A stretch of 64,000 bases of DNA from the NCBI RefSeq assembly GCF_006345805.1, contig NC_043002.1:310001-374000 (forward strand), given 5' to 3'. The stretch's first letter is position 1. Each line of letters starts with the position of its first letter. The notes below the pieces were generated by a model. That model saw only the letters and a program-made list of their open reading frames with translations. It searched no databases and was not told the origin of the DNA. Made by a program: the position numbers and the translations under genes. The stretch is from Octopus sinensis (lineage: Eukaryota). Shown piece after piece: positions 24,908 through 37,596 of this stretch.

Positions 24908-27512
24908 CATCATCATCATCATCATCGTTTAACGTCCGCTTTCCATGCTAGCATGGGTTGGACGGTTCAACTGGGGTCTGGCAAGCCCGAAGGCTGCACC
25001 AGGCCAGTCAGATCTGGCAGTGTTTCTACAGCTGGATGCCCTTCCTAACGCCAACCACTCCGAGAGTGTAGTGGGTGATTTTATGTGCCACCGACACAGG
25101 AGCCAGACGAGGCTGGCAGACAGCCACGCTCGGATGGTGTTTTTTATGTGCCACCGACACAGGTGCCAGACGAGGCTGGCAGACGGCCACGCTCGGATGG
25201 TATTTTTTATGTGTCACCGACACAGGTGCCAGACGAGGCTGGCAGACGGCCACGCTCGGATGGTTTTTTTTATGTGCCACCGACACAGGTGCCAGACGAG
25301 GCTGACGAACGGCCACGATCGGATGGTGTTTGTTACGTGGCCACAGCACAGAGGCCAGTCGATGCGGTACTGGCTACGGCCACGCTCGGATGGTTTTCTT
25401 ATGTGCCACCGGCACTGGTACCACAAGGGTACAAATTCCATTGATGTTCATCTATTTTGATTTGATTTGATTTGATTTGATTTTCACTTGCCTCAACAGG
25501 TCTTCACAAGTGTCACAAGAAGGAAGGTATGCACAGGTGGACTGACTACGTCCCAGGTAGGGGCCACGGGTTATGGCTTCACTAGTCTTGCCGGGTCTTC
25601 TCACGCACAGCATACTTCCATAGGTCTCGGTCTCTAGTTATTTCCATGATGAGACCTAACGTTCGAAGGTCGTGCTTCACCACCTCGTCCCAGGTTTTCC
25701 TGGGTCTACCTCTTCCACGGGTTCCCTCAACTGCTAGGAATTGGCACTTTCTCACACACCTATCTTCATCCATTCTCGCCACATGACCATACCAGCGCAA
25801 TCGTCTCTCTTGCACACCACAAGTGATGCTTCTTAGGTTCAACTTTTCTCTCAAGGTACTTACACTCTGTCGATTATGAACACTGACATTACACATCCAT
25901 CGGAGCATACTGGCTTCATTCCTCATGAGCTTACGCATGTCCTCAGCAGTCACGGCCCATGTTTCACTGCCATGTAGCATAGCAGTTCGTACATATACAT
26001 CATACAGTCTGCCTTTTACTCTGAGCGAGAGGCCTTTAGTCACCAGCAGAGGTAAGAGCTCCCTAAACTTTGCCCAGGCTATTCTTATTCTAGCAGTTAC
26101 ACTCTCAGCGCACCCACCCCCACTACTGACTTGGTCACCTAGATAACAGAAGCTATCAACTACTTGGAAAGTGACGGAAGTTGTTTTCTGCAGATTTTCA
26201 GAGGTCAATGCTCCCGAGCATCTGCCACATACAAAAACTATCTTCCCAGTTAGCCTACCTTTGACATTGCTGCACCTCTTATGTGTCCATAGCTTACACT
26301 GGGTACATCTTATAGAGTTTCTACCTACACCTTTTCTACAGATCGAGCAGGGCCATCTTCCTGAGGACATTTGTGGATTGTCTACCTTTCTACTTATTAG
26401 TACTTTGGTTTTAGCTAGGTTGACTCTAAGGCCCCTCGATTCTAAACCCTCCTTCCACACCTGGAACTTCTCCTCCAGTTCTGATAGTGACTCAGCAATT
26501 AGAGCGAGGTCGTCAGCATAGAGGAGCGCCCAGGGGCAACCTGTCTTGAATTACTCCACGATTGCCTGGAGGACTATGATAAATAGGAGGGGGCTGAGTA
26601 CTGAACCCTGGTGGACCCCAACCTCTACTTTGAATTCTTCTGTGTACATGTTGCCAACCCTAACCTTACGGCATCTCTGTACATGGCTTGCACAGCCCTC
26701 ACCAGCCATTCATCTATCCCTAGTTTCCTCATTGACCACCAGATGAGGGATCGGGGGACCCTATCAAAGGCTTTCTCCATGTCAACGAAAGCCAGGTACA
26801 GGGGCTTATCTTTGGCTAGGTATTTTTCCTGCAGCTGCCTTACCAGGAATATAGCATCAGTGGTGCTTTTCCCTGGCACGAACCCAAACTGCATCTCATC
26901 TAAACTAACTCTCTCTCTAATTAGTTGGGCTATGACCCTCTCCGTAACCTTCATTACCTGATCCAACAGCTTGATACCTCTGTAATTATTTGTATCTAGG
27001 GCATCACCTTTATCTTTGTAGCAGTTGACTAGTATGCTGCTACACCAGTCATTGGGTATGACTCCTTTGTGTATCACCTGGTTGACTATACGGGTGACTA
27101 GGTTATAGCCGACACTGCCAGATATTTTGAGCATCTCTGCAGTAATTCCTGATGGGCCTGGGGCTTTCCCTGTCTTCATGCTTCTAATTGCCTTAGCTAC
27201 CACGGAACTATCAACTCGGATAGCTGGTCCCTCTGTTGGGTCAACATTCGGCAGACTCTCTTTATCCCATTCATTTTCTTTATTCAGCAACCTTTCATAG
27301 TGGCATCTCCAAACCTCTCTCTTTGCATCCTCATTTAGCACAAGTGAACCATCATCCATGCGAACACACTTCTCTCCTACCACATCACAATTCTCTCTCA
27401 CACACTGTCTTGCAACACGAAATACCTCAAGTCTTTCATCCTCACGGCTCAGAACATTGGCAGATTTTTTCTTATCTGCTTCCCCTCTGGCTAAATAAAC
27501 CTGTCTCCTAGC
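24908..27512 (-). mobile_element. RTE LINE 3' half (RT, Cys-rich insertion, 3'UTR with 60-bp VNTR)
   Basis: ORFs 26625-27401 and 25582-26460; YLAFVDMEKAFDRVP, LLYADDL, WPCSIC..CTQC..HKRC..CGRC. Confidence 0.93.
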
Positions 27513-27803
27513 TTATGTCAAAACAAGTTACTCAATGCAAAATATGCTGAACAAAAGACCATAACAGAAGCTATATTGAATAGATTCCTACACTCTAATA
27601 GAAGACTGTATATTTCCTCATATCACATTCCTTGCAATAACATTTTAATAGACATTATTGGCAAAGACAGACAGAATGAAACTAAGGATCTATCAAAGTC
27701 AGAAATTCCAGGCACAGCAGCTACTTGAAGAATTCTTAGTAGCAATACATTTCTATCATCACATTAATGCGTTTAGTCTCAAGTGTTGATACTTCAAATA
27801 TAT

Positions 27804-28906
27804 AGGGCCTCTCGCTCAGTGTAAAAGGTAGACTATAACACTTGTGTACGAACAGCCATGCTACATGGCAGTGAAACATGGGCCGTGACTGCTGAGAACA
27901 TGCGTAAGCTCGCAAGGAATGAAGCCAGTATGATCCGATGGATGTGTAATGTCAGTGTGCATACTCGACAGAGTGTAGGCACCTTGAGAGAAAAGTTGTA
28001 CCTAAGAAGCATCAGATGTGGTGTGCAAGAGAGATGACTGCTGGTATGGTCATGTGGCGAGAATGGTGGAGGATGGCTGTGTGAAAAAGTGCCACTCCCT
28101 AGCGGTTGAGGGAACCTGTGGAAGAGGTAGACCCAGGAAGACCTGGGATGAAGTGGTGAAGCATGACCTTCGAACATTAGGCCTCAGTGAGGAAATGACT
28201 AGCGACCGAGACTTTTGGAAATATGCTGTGCTTGCGAAGACCCGGCAAGCCAAATGAGACCATAACCTGTGGCCCATGCCAGGAGCATAACCAGCCCACT
28301 TATGTGTACCTTTTCCTTCCTTGGGCACTAAATCTGCTTGCAAGTGAAATCAAAATCAAAATCACATTCGATGAATGGCATCCGTACTAGCGGGGTGCAA
28401 AGAGCACCATACAAGCGTGATCGTTGACAGAGCAGCTAACTGGCTTCTGTGCCAGTGGCACATAAAAGGCACTATTTAAGTGTGATCATTACCAGCGTCG
28501 CGTTACTGGCACTTGTGCCCGTGCTAGTAGGGTGCCAAGAGCACCATCCAAGCGTGATCGTCGCCAGAGCAGCCAACTGGCTTCCGTGCCGGTGGCACGT
28601 AAAAGGGCACCATTTGAGCATGATCGTTACCAACATCACCTTACTGGCACCTGTGCTGGTGGCATGTGTAAAAAGATTCAAGCGAGGTCGTTGCCAGTAC
28701 CGCCGGACTGGTCCCTGTGCCGGTGGCACGTAAAAAGCACCCACTATACTCTCGGAGTGGTTGGCGTTAGGAAGGGCATCCAGCTGTAGAAACTCTGTCA
28801 AATCAAGATTGGAGCCTGGTGCAGCCCTCTGGTTCGTCAGCCCTCAGTCAAAATCATCCAACCCATGCTAGCATGGAAAGCAGACGTTAAACGATGATGA
28901 TGATGA
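27804..28906 (+). mobile_element. RTE LINE 3' fragment
   Basis: MLHGSETWA..WYGHVARM..GRGRPRKTW, then 3'UTR and (GAT)n. Confidence 0.88.
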
Positions 28907-29022
28907 TACAAATATTTACAGAAATACATACTCAGTCAAAACTTTTCAAAATATAAAATTTTAAAAAATATGAGTAAATATAAGAATGAGCTGAGAGTGT
29001 TATTTGAACTTTGATACATTAC

Positions 29023-29091
29023 CATAACCACATTTTTTACAAGCAGCACGATTGCCTTCATTAACCTGGTTTGTCAATTTGGAAATAAGAC
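29023..29091 (-). CDS. SREK1IP1: SREK1IP1 coding exon (first half of zinc knuckle)
   Basis: tttttgcag|GT CTT..: (G)LISKLTNQVNEGNRAACKKCGY(A), cf. human VRAGCKKCGY; donor G|gtaatg; phase 1 fits the next exon. Confidence 0.9.
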
Positions 29092-29942
29092 CTGCAAAAA
29101 ATGAAAGAGGTGCTATGGTAGTACAATGTGTAGTAAGAATAGTTATTAGTAGTGTTGTTTGCTATTAAGACTGACTTTAGAAATTTTCTTGTGTCACACT
29201 CTTTGTAATGTTTTAAATACTCTCCAGGTTTTCTTTTAACTGTAGATAATTCTGGTAGAACAAAATATATTTGTAGAGTTTACATCAAAATCTGGAAATG
29301 ATATTGCAAATCCCTCTACAAATAAAATACTATTAGTGATAGTGAATACAACTATTAGTAATCGTAGTAGTAATGATGATGACAATTTCTCATGCAACAC
29401 ACACATATCAATTTTAGTGACCGTCTTGTATGTTGGTATTGGTTGGACAGTTTGACAAGATGTGATGTGTCAGAGGACTGCATTATACTCCAATGTCTGT
29501 TTTGGCATAGTTTCTACAGTCAGATGCTCTTCCTAATGCCAACCATCTTACAAATTTACTAGGTATTTTTTCCTTTTCATTGTGCCAGCACTAGCTCGCA
29601 AGACTACATAGAAGTATGGTAGAGAGGGAGGCAGCTTTAGGCTAGATGGTGAGAGGTTAAACTGTGAAAGAAGGGATAGGGACAAATTTCTTGGCTACCT
29701 TGCATTATATAAAAGTGGGTGGGAGGAAAAGGAACTGGAATGAGAGACAAAGATGGGGATGACACGGTATCAGAGTTTACCCTCATGGACAAAAATATGA
29801 ATAGAAAAGAGAGTAAGGACTGATTACTGGCAGGGAATAAAGGTTGCAAGAGAGTATAGAGTAAGAGAGATGGCTAGAGGTGAGTGTAATGATGAGTAAA
29901 TATTGTGAATAGTGGACAAGGATGGGAGGGTGATTGATGATA

Positions 29943-31192
29943 TGAGGTGGTATCAAAGAATTCCCAGCACTAATTATGTTTAATAAAAAATAACTTATTT
30001 ACCTAAGTTTTAATTACTCCTTCAAAATAGTCAACTTGCACAGCAATACACTGGTCTGGGTGTTTCTGCCACTTTTAGAATCCGGCCTGGAAGTCACTTA
30101 CCATAAGTGAGTCAAGGCCCTTTAGTGATTCACTCTACCCTTTACAGATGTGTTAAAATGATGACCTTTGAGCTGCATGTTCATCATAAGGAAGAGATGG
30201 AAGACCTCAGGTACTAACTCTGGTGAATAGTGCAGGTATGAGAGTGATACCATATTGTTTTTGGTGAGAAACTCACAAGTGAGGAGAACTTAGTGACAGG
30301 GTGACAGGGTGACAGGGTGCATTGACGTTGTGAAGAATCCAATTCTTCACACTCCACAGATCCAGTCGCTTTCGAATGTCCTCCCTCAGATTCTTCAAAA
30401 TATCACAGTAGAACTCTCTGACCCAGGCAGACAAATTCTCGATGCACAATACCATGGATGTCAAAAAAAAAATGACGATCATGCTCTTGATTGAGTTGTG
30501 GTTCTGTTGTGCCTTTCTGTCATGGAGATGATGGTCTCTTCCACTGTAACAACTGCTGCTTTGTCTCAGGGTCGTACCCATAGACCCAACTCCCATCACC
30601 AGTGATAATCCTCAACATGTAGGGTAGGTCATCAGCACCATGCTGATGGAGACCTTGACAGACTTCAATGCGATGTTCTTTCTGCTCAGTAGTTAGTAGG
30701 CAGGAGACAACTTGGCAGAGATATGCTGCATGTTCAATTCAGATGTTAGCATTGCCTGCATGGACCCATACAACAGACCAACAACATCAGCAATGTCATT
30801 GATTGTCCTCCAACAGCCCTCATGTACAAGCTGATGAATTTCCTCCAAATTTTCCAGGTGTGACGTTCATGGCAGGTCTTCCAGATTGCTCATCATGTTC
30901 CAGGGATGTTCTTCAACTTTTGAAATGTGCATGTCAGTCAAAACATTGCATATAACTCATTGCCCCGTTACCATAAGCTTTCTGAAGCATGCTTAATGTC
31001 TGTGTAGTAGACTTCCCAAATTTAACACAAAATTTCACATTGGCTCTTTGTTCCAACTTCCTGCCCTTGACAAAAATGGCAACTTGTGAAGTAAACAACA
31101 ATGTCACTCTGCACACTATCTCATGAAGATCACTGCTAGCTCTCACTGGGCACACAACTGTTTGTGGCCAGGAACTTTCCGATAATACCTTG
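29943..31192 (-). mobile_element. Mariner transposon relic, ~1.25 kb
   Basis: TA-flanked degenerate TIRs; EQRANVKFCVKFGKS..LQKAYG, IITGDGSWVYGYDPETK, WILHNVNAPCH. Confidence 0.88.
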
Positions 31193-31715
31193 TATGAGTG
31201 GGAGGGAAAGTACAGGAGAAGAGGTGACGATTGACAGTACATCAAGGGCAAAGAGCAGCCAAATAATAATAATACAGTAGATAGAGGAAGGATGAGAGAA
31301 AGGCAGATGATGATTGGATGGTGGGTGAGCAGATTGCAAGAGTGTGTGGGAAAATAAGAGATATATGGTGATAGGGGTGGAGGAGATTAGAGGTATATAG
31401 AGGTTAATCAACAAGAAGTGGTTCGATGAAGAGGGAGATATAACTGAACACAAAAAGGTGATCAATGGTAAATGTGACTGGAGAGGGACAATGTTAAGAA
31501 TAAAGGATGGATGCCACAAGAAGTGGTTCCAAGTAGTGGCGGAGATAATCGGTAGTACAGAAGAGGATGATGAAATATGGAGTCCTGCTCATAAAAAGAT
31601 GCCTCTCCCTATCATTTTGAAGGCCATAGTGAAAAAAACAAATTGGAAAAATCCTCATCAAAAATGGAGAAAATACAATTTATGCAGCTGTCCTGACCAA
31701 AAACTCTGCTATATA

Positions 31716-31774
<59 letters not shown>

Positions 31775-31779
31775 GGGGG

Positions 31780-31960
31780 GTAATGGTGTCAGTAAGACCG
31801 AAAGGTGTCAGGTAATGTTGAGTAAGTGCTATGGACAGACCACAGTTAAGATCCAGGTTCGGTGATTATGCGAATAAGGAGTCCAACGTAGATCATATAT
31901 CAGCGTGTGTATATAAACTATACAATTTTAATCCCGAGCAGCGCCGGTTATCTCTGCTAG
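31780..31960 (+). mobile_element. Helitron-like 3' end
   Basis: Subterminal hairpin cccgagcagcgccggt followed by CTAG|T. Confidence 0.55.
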
Positions 31961-32278
31961 TGTGTGTGTGTGTATTTACATGCATGTATTAAGTTCTTTT
32001 CCCCCTGTTTGTTCTGCGTAAGTAATGAGTATTTTATATATATATATATATATACGTTTTGGCTGTTCGCTGAATTTTTCTTGAGAACATTTCTTAGTGG
32101 TAAGACCATAGCGGATCTACTTCTAGCGTAAGGGTGTCCACATAGTGGTTATCCCTCTCATATGTATTTAATATATATATATATATATATATGTAGGTCC
32201 CGGGTTGATTCGGGGTTAACCACAGTAAATAAGGTACTCAATACATAGTAGAGTAAAATTAATTTATTATATAGAAGG

Positions 32279-32329
32279 AGCTTCTACAGGACTAGAACTG
32301 TTTCATTCAAGAGAAATCTTCAGGAAGCT
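32279..32329 (-). ncRNA. Type I hammerhead ribozyme motif
   Basis: agcttc-CTGAAGA-tttctcttgaat-GAA-ACAG-ttctagtc-CTGT-A-gaagct on the minus strand. Confidence 0.7.
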
Positions 32330-32579
32330 AGTTAACAAGAATTGTATTGGCATTTATACATTTAGGCAGGTTTAAAGGGGTGTTGGTGGGGGACTTTTTG
32401 GGGGTAGGCATAGCGCAAAATATCATACTTGGGGGAGTGGTCAAGGAGTCAGTGTTAAATTAGATAGAAGAATAAATAAAAAAATAAAAAAATTTAAAAA
32501 TATATAAAAAAATATATAAAAATATATATAAAAAAAGGGAATAGAGTTTTAGGTAAATAAGGAGATTCTCACTTATACC

Positions 32580-32921
32580 TATGCACATATGTATACATAT
32601 ATACACACACATACAAACATATATACATATACATACACACATACGTACACACACACATATATACATATATATACACTTACACATACATATACATATCTAC
32701 ACATACACATATATGTATACATACACACACTCACATGCATACACGTATACACACATGTATATATACACACACGACCACACATACATATACACACAGAAAA
32801 ATATATATACACATACACACACATACTCACATACACGCATACACACACATATGCACACACAGCACACTAGTCCCTATATACACATATATACACATACACA
32901 CACATATACACACACATATAT

Positions 32922-32963
<42 letters not shown>

Positions 32964-33425
32964 GTGTACCTATGCATACCTACACATACACACATATATA
33001 TACACATACAAATACAGACCCATTCCCTAATTTTAATTTTATTATCTTCATTTATTACTTTTGTTATCTTTGATCGCTGGTCACAAACATCTTGGCTATG
33101 ACAGCCAGTCCATTTATCTGTCTACTGGAAAACAAGCACTCATTTACTCACGCACACTCTTTAGCACGTACACTCACTCATTCGCACACTCATACACATA
33201 CACGCACGCACGCGTTATATTCATACATACATACATCTACATACATTCACGTATATACACATACGTACGCGTACCTACAGATTCATGTCTACACTCTTAG
33301 AAGGCTAGTCTATACATATACACCAATAAATATAAATACACACACATACATATACACCTACATACAAATACATACATGTATATATATATATACATATATA
33401 TACATATTCACATATATATACATAC

Positions 33426-33456
<31 letters not shown>

Positions 33457-33688
33457 ACATATACATACATATACATATATACATATATATATATATACAT
33501 ATACACACACATACACATACATACATATACACACATACACATACATACGTATACATACATACATACATCCATACATACATACATTTATACACACACCCAC
33601 ACGTATACATATACGTACATATATATACGCGCATGCATACACATACAAATACATACACATACGCATATACATATACATACATACACAT

Positions 33689-33719
<31 letters not shown>

Positions 33720-34095
33720 CATACACACACATACATATACATACATACATATACAAATATACGCACACACATACATACATACTCATATACACATACACGC
33801 ACATACACATGTACATGCGTACCCATACACACACACACACACACGCGCATCCATATATACACATAAGTACACACATGCGTAAAAGTATACATATATCTAT
33901 GCTTACACATACACACACACACACGTGCCTCCTTATATTCATACTTACATGCATACTCAAAAAATAAGTAAATAGTAAAATATATATACGCGCAGTTATT
34001 CATACATGCATACTCAAAAAATAAATAATAAATATTAAGTATATGTACGTGCAGTTACCTATTATATAGACGGATACATACATATAAACTTACAC

Positions 34096-34158
<63 letters not shown>

Positions 34159-34367
34159 TATACATATACACATATACACATATATATACACACACATATA
34201 CACACATATATATATATATACATACTTACACACATGTACAAATACATACACACATAGATAACTCTACGTACCTACATATACATAAACATACGAGCGTACA
34301 CGTATATGTACATATACACATACACATACACACGCATATATATACATACATACATACACATACACAC

Positions 34368-34446
<79 letters not shown>

Positions 34447-34673
34447 TATACATGTGTGCAAACATACATACATACTCATACACGCACACACACTTACATA
34501 TACATATATACACACACTTACACACATATATATACATACACATATACATACATACATACATATATGCATACATACACACACACATATATATACATACATA
34601 CACATACACATACCTATACATATATATACACACATATATACACATGCACATACTTATATCTCTACATACTCGC

Positions 34674-34704
<31 letters not shown>

Positions 34705-34973
34705 TACATATACCTATATACATGTATATATACACACACATATATATACGCATCTACAGTTTGTATCTACACTCACATACATGCACATACACATAACTCT
34801 ACATACCTACATATACATCGACATACTCGCATACACTCATATATATACACATATATACATATACACATACATATACATATATATATATATATAAATATAT
34901 ACATAATACACATATACACACACATACATATATACATATATATATATATGTATACACACACACACACACACAC

Positions 34974-35018
<45 letters not shown>

Positions 35019-35087
35019 CATACATACACACATACATACATGTACATATACATATACATACACATATATACACACACATACATATAT
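32580..35087. repeat. Compound (AC)/(AT)/(ACAT) microsatellite region
   Basis: Visible directly. Confidence 0.9.
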
Positions 35088-35531
35088 CAACAATTGAGGG
35101 TAAAGTTAATTAGTTATTAATCAATTTCACTAAGTATTCAGTATGTAAAAGGACCATTATTTTTTTGAGTAAATAATGTCTGAGGGAAAATATTCTCTAA
35201 GTAGTGGAAGAGGCTAAAAAACTTTTTTGGCTGCTATTTCTAGAAAGTTCAGTGTGTGGCAAAGTAATTTATTTTACTAAGCCCTAATTATATAATATTT
35301 TATACATACATACACATACATACACACATACATATACACATACATATGCATACACACATATACATATATTTTTTTATTTTTTTATTTATTCTTCTATCTA
35401 ATTTAACACTGACTCCTTGACCACTCCCCCAAGTATGATATTTTGCGCTATGCCTACCCCCAAAAAGTCCCCCACCAACACCCCTTTAAACCTGCCTAAA
35501 TGTATAAATGCCAATACAATTCTTGTTAACT

Positions 35532-35581
35532 AGCTTCCTGAAGATTTCTTTGAATGAAACAGTTCTAGTCCTGTAGAAGCT
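35532..35581 (+). ncRNA. Type I hammerhead ribozyme motif
   Basis: agcttc-CTGAAGA-tttctttgaat-GAA-ACAG-ttctagtc-CTGT-A-gaagct; helices I and III pair perfectly, GUA cleavage triplet. Confidence 0.7.
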
Positions 35582-35592
35582 CCTTCTATATA

Positions 35593-35667
<75 letters not shown>

Positions 35668-35669
35668 CT

Positions 35670-35816
35670 GGTAAAGGCCGGTTTATAGGGTTACCCTGGG
35701 TTTCTCATCATAAATGATACCCAAGATGACGTTATAGAACTGAATCCATGCAGATATATACCCTGGGTATCCTTTATGGTGAGAAACTCACAGTGACCCT
35801 ATAAACCGGCCTTTAC
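35670..35816. repeat. Imperfect inverted repeat (~52-bp arms)
   Basis: gtaaaggccggtttatagggt...ataccca / tgggtat...accctataaaccggcctttac. Confidence 0.75.
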
Positions 35817-35925
35817 AATTAAGAAATATAGACTGCTCTACTTCTTAGAATGTGCTTCTACTCCGAATTTATGTTTTTCTAAAAACAGTAAATGTGTGTT
35901 GGTGTTACCTATCTCCGACGTCCGC

Positions 35926-35963
<38 letters not shown>

Positions 35964-35966
<3 letters not shown>

Positions 35967-36140
35967 CTAAGCAATAAGGGTTTAGCAACGAGTTGCCTTA
36001 CCACATACCGAATTTAGAAATAGCAGTCAAAGGGTTATAGCTATTTCTTCTACTAAGAAATAGCTATAACCCTTTGACTGCTATTTCTAAATTCGGTATG
36101 TGGTAAGGCAACTCGTTGCTAAACCCTTATTGCTTAGTAT
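35964..36140. repeat. Perfect 86-bp-arm palindrome with 5-nt spacer
   Basis: 35964-36049 is the reverse complement of 36055-36140. Confidence 0.9.
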
Positions 36141-36246
36141 TACTTAAATTTTCCTCGAATGAGGCTTTTACATGCCGAAGACTACTTGGTGTAATTGATA
36201 ATTTTTCCAAATTAATTAATTTCATCCTTCATTATTACGGATAACC

Positions 36247-36292
<46 letters not shown>

Positions 36293-36779
36293 TTGTACCG
36301 CACACACGCCTTTGTGTCTTTCTATACGGATATACTGATACACATCCAACCTACCTTGAATATCAGACTGCATCTGTGGAATGATAATAGAAGATAATAA
36401 AGAAACGTAAACAAAACGCGCCAGTCTCTTATATCCGGAAACGGTGTTCGGTCTACTTAAGTCTCTCTTGAAGTAATGGTCTACATTGCAACGTTGATTA
36501 GCGTAGTTTGGCGGTGACCACAAAAGTTTCATCTCATCTTCTTCGCTCACAAGATCATGTGCTGTTTATCTTGATATGAGCTCACCATGTCATGCACATA
36601 TGGTTGTGATGCATGTACCTGGTGTACACTTATCAGACAGGTAGTCATGGTGGGTATTTGGGGCTTTGTATATTTTACTCCAGTGTCACCTTCATCATCA
36701 TATATTAACTGCATTTATCAGCCACACTGCTCTCCATATGTTTTGAAGGTATACCCATGGTACACCTTCCTTGGGAGTG

Positions 36780-37200
36780 GTTCCAGGGTAATGATTTGAC
36801 TACCAAGTTTCTCCAGATTCCACACTCAGTGTCTGCTAAGTTTCCATCTCATTCTACCCTTAGCAAAATCATAAAGCATAGCCTAGATGCTGCAGGCTTG
36901 TCTTCCAGCTCAAGCCAGTGGGCCTAGGCTGAAGGAATGGTAAAAAGCCTGCCAGTTTGCAATTTTTCCTCCCACCCATCTAGGATGCCACATAGCTGTG
37001 ATATCTTCTCCAGCAGCAACTTGATGTACTCATCTACAAGCCCAGACTCCACTGCTTGTCAGGCTGAGAAAGGCAATCTGTCAAAGTATCGGTCACTCTC
37101 TGACAGGATTATGGCCAAGCCTGTAAAGACCTCCAGCATTTTTGGACCTTGGATCATATCTCTGCTCACTGCCACTGGGGTGGAGATAGCTATCTGCAAG
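36780..37200 (+). mobile_element. CRE-clade LINE 3' relic (restriction-like endonuclease region)
   Basis: Across frames: KFPSHSTLSKIIKHSLDAAG..QLKPVGL..NGKKP..SSSNL..QAEK..KYRSLSDR..KTSSIFGP, matching the recalled CRE pattern RH..LN.IIKR.L..AG..EP.GL..DGKRPD..AE..K..KY..ET.G.FGP. Confidence 0.6.
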
Positions 37201-37568
37201 TGCAAGCCCTGTGAGTCAGAGTGGCTGCCTAAATTCTAAATTTTTTTAAAGCCCATTTGGATTTTTGCAATGTTCAGAAACTGTTCATAAACATAAACAT
37301 CCAATTGATCTTAAAGTTTGTCTAGAATAGGAGAATATAACAACAATCACAGGATTTGAAGAAGGACTTAGGAAGGATTCAAGTTTCACACTTGTAAAGG
37401 AAGTTTGTGTTGATTGTTGCTTGGAAGATTCTCATCTTGAATTGTCTACAGAGTTTGGGGTCTCGATATTCTTTATAAAGTGTTTTCTTTGTAAAGCTTC
37501 TCTGCAACTTGACTCTTCTTGAGCTTGTTATGAATAATCCAAAGTACAGGATATCAATTAAGAATTAC

Positions 37569-37596
37569 CTGGAGCCTTATGAGAAGTAATCCTCAT
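37569..37596 (-). CDS. SREK1IP1: SREK1IP1 probable first coding exon (exon ~37569-37636)
   Basis: ATG AGG..GCT CCA G|gtaatt gives MRITSHKAP(G), phase 1 into the 29091 exon, cf. human MAVPG; acceptor ttgcag at 37637. Confidence 0.55.

Larger units (their letters stand above)
32195..35598. mobile_element. Non-coding element with ~230-bp inverted terminal repeats (each carrying a hammerhead motif) around an (AC)/(AT)-rich core; Penelope-like pseudo-LTR arrangement
   Basis: 32262-32493 is the near-perfect reverse complement of 35367-35598; (TA)n on both flanks. Confidence 0.75.

Noticed and set aside
36152-36190. Hammerhead-like gaatgaggc..gccgaagac (also 23336-23375 and 55972-56010)
   Set aside because: Core nucleotides deviate and helices I and III could not be paired convincingly
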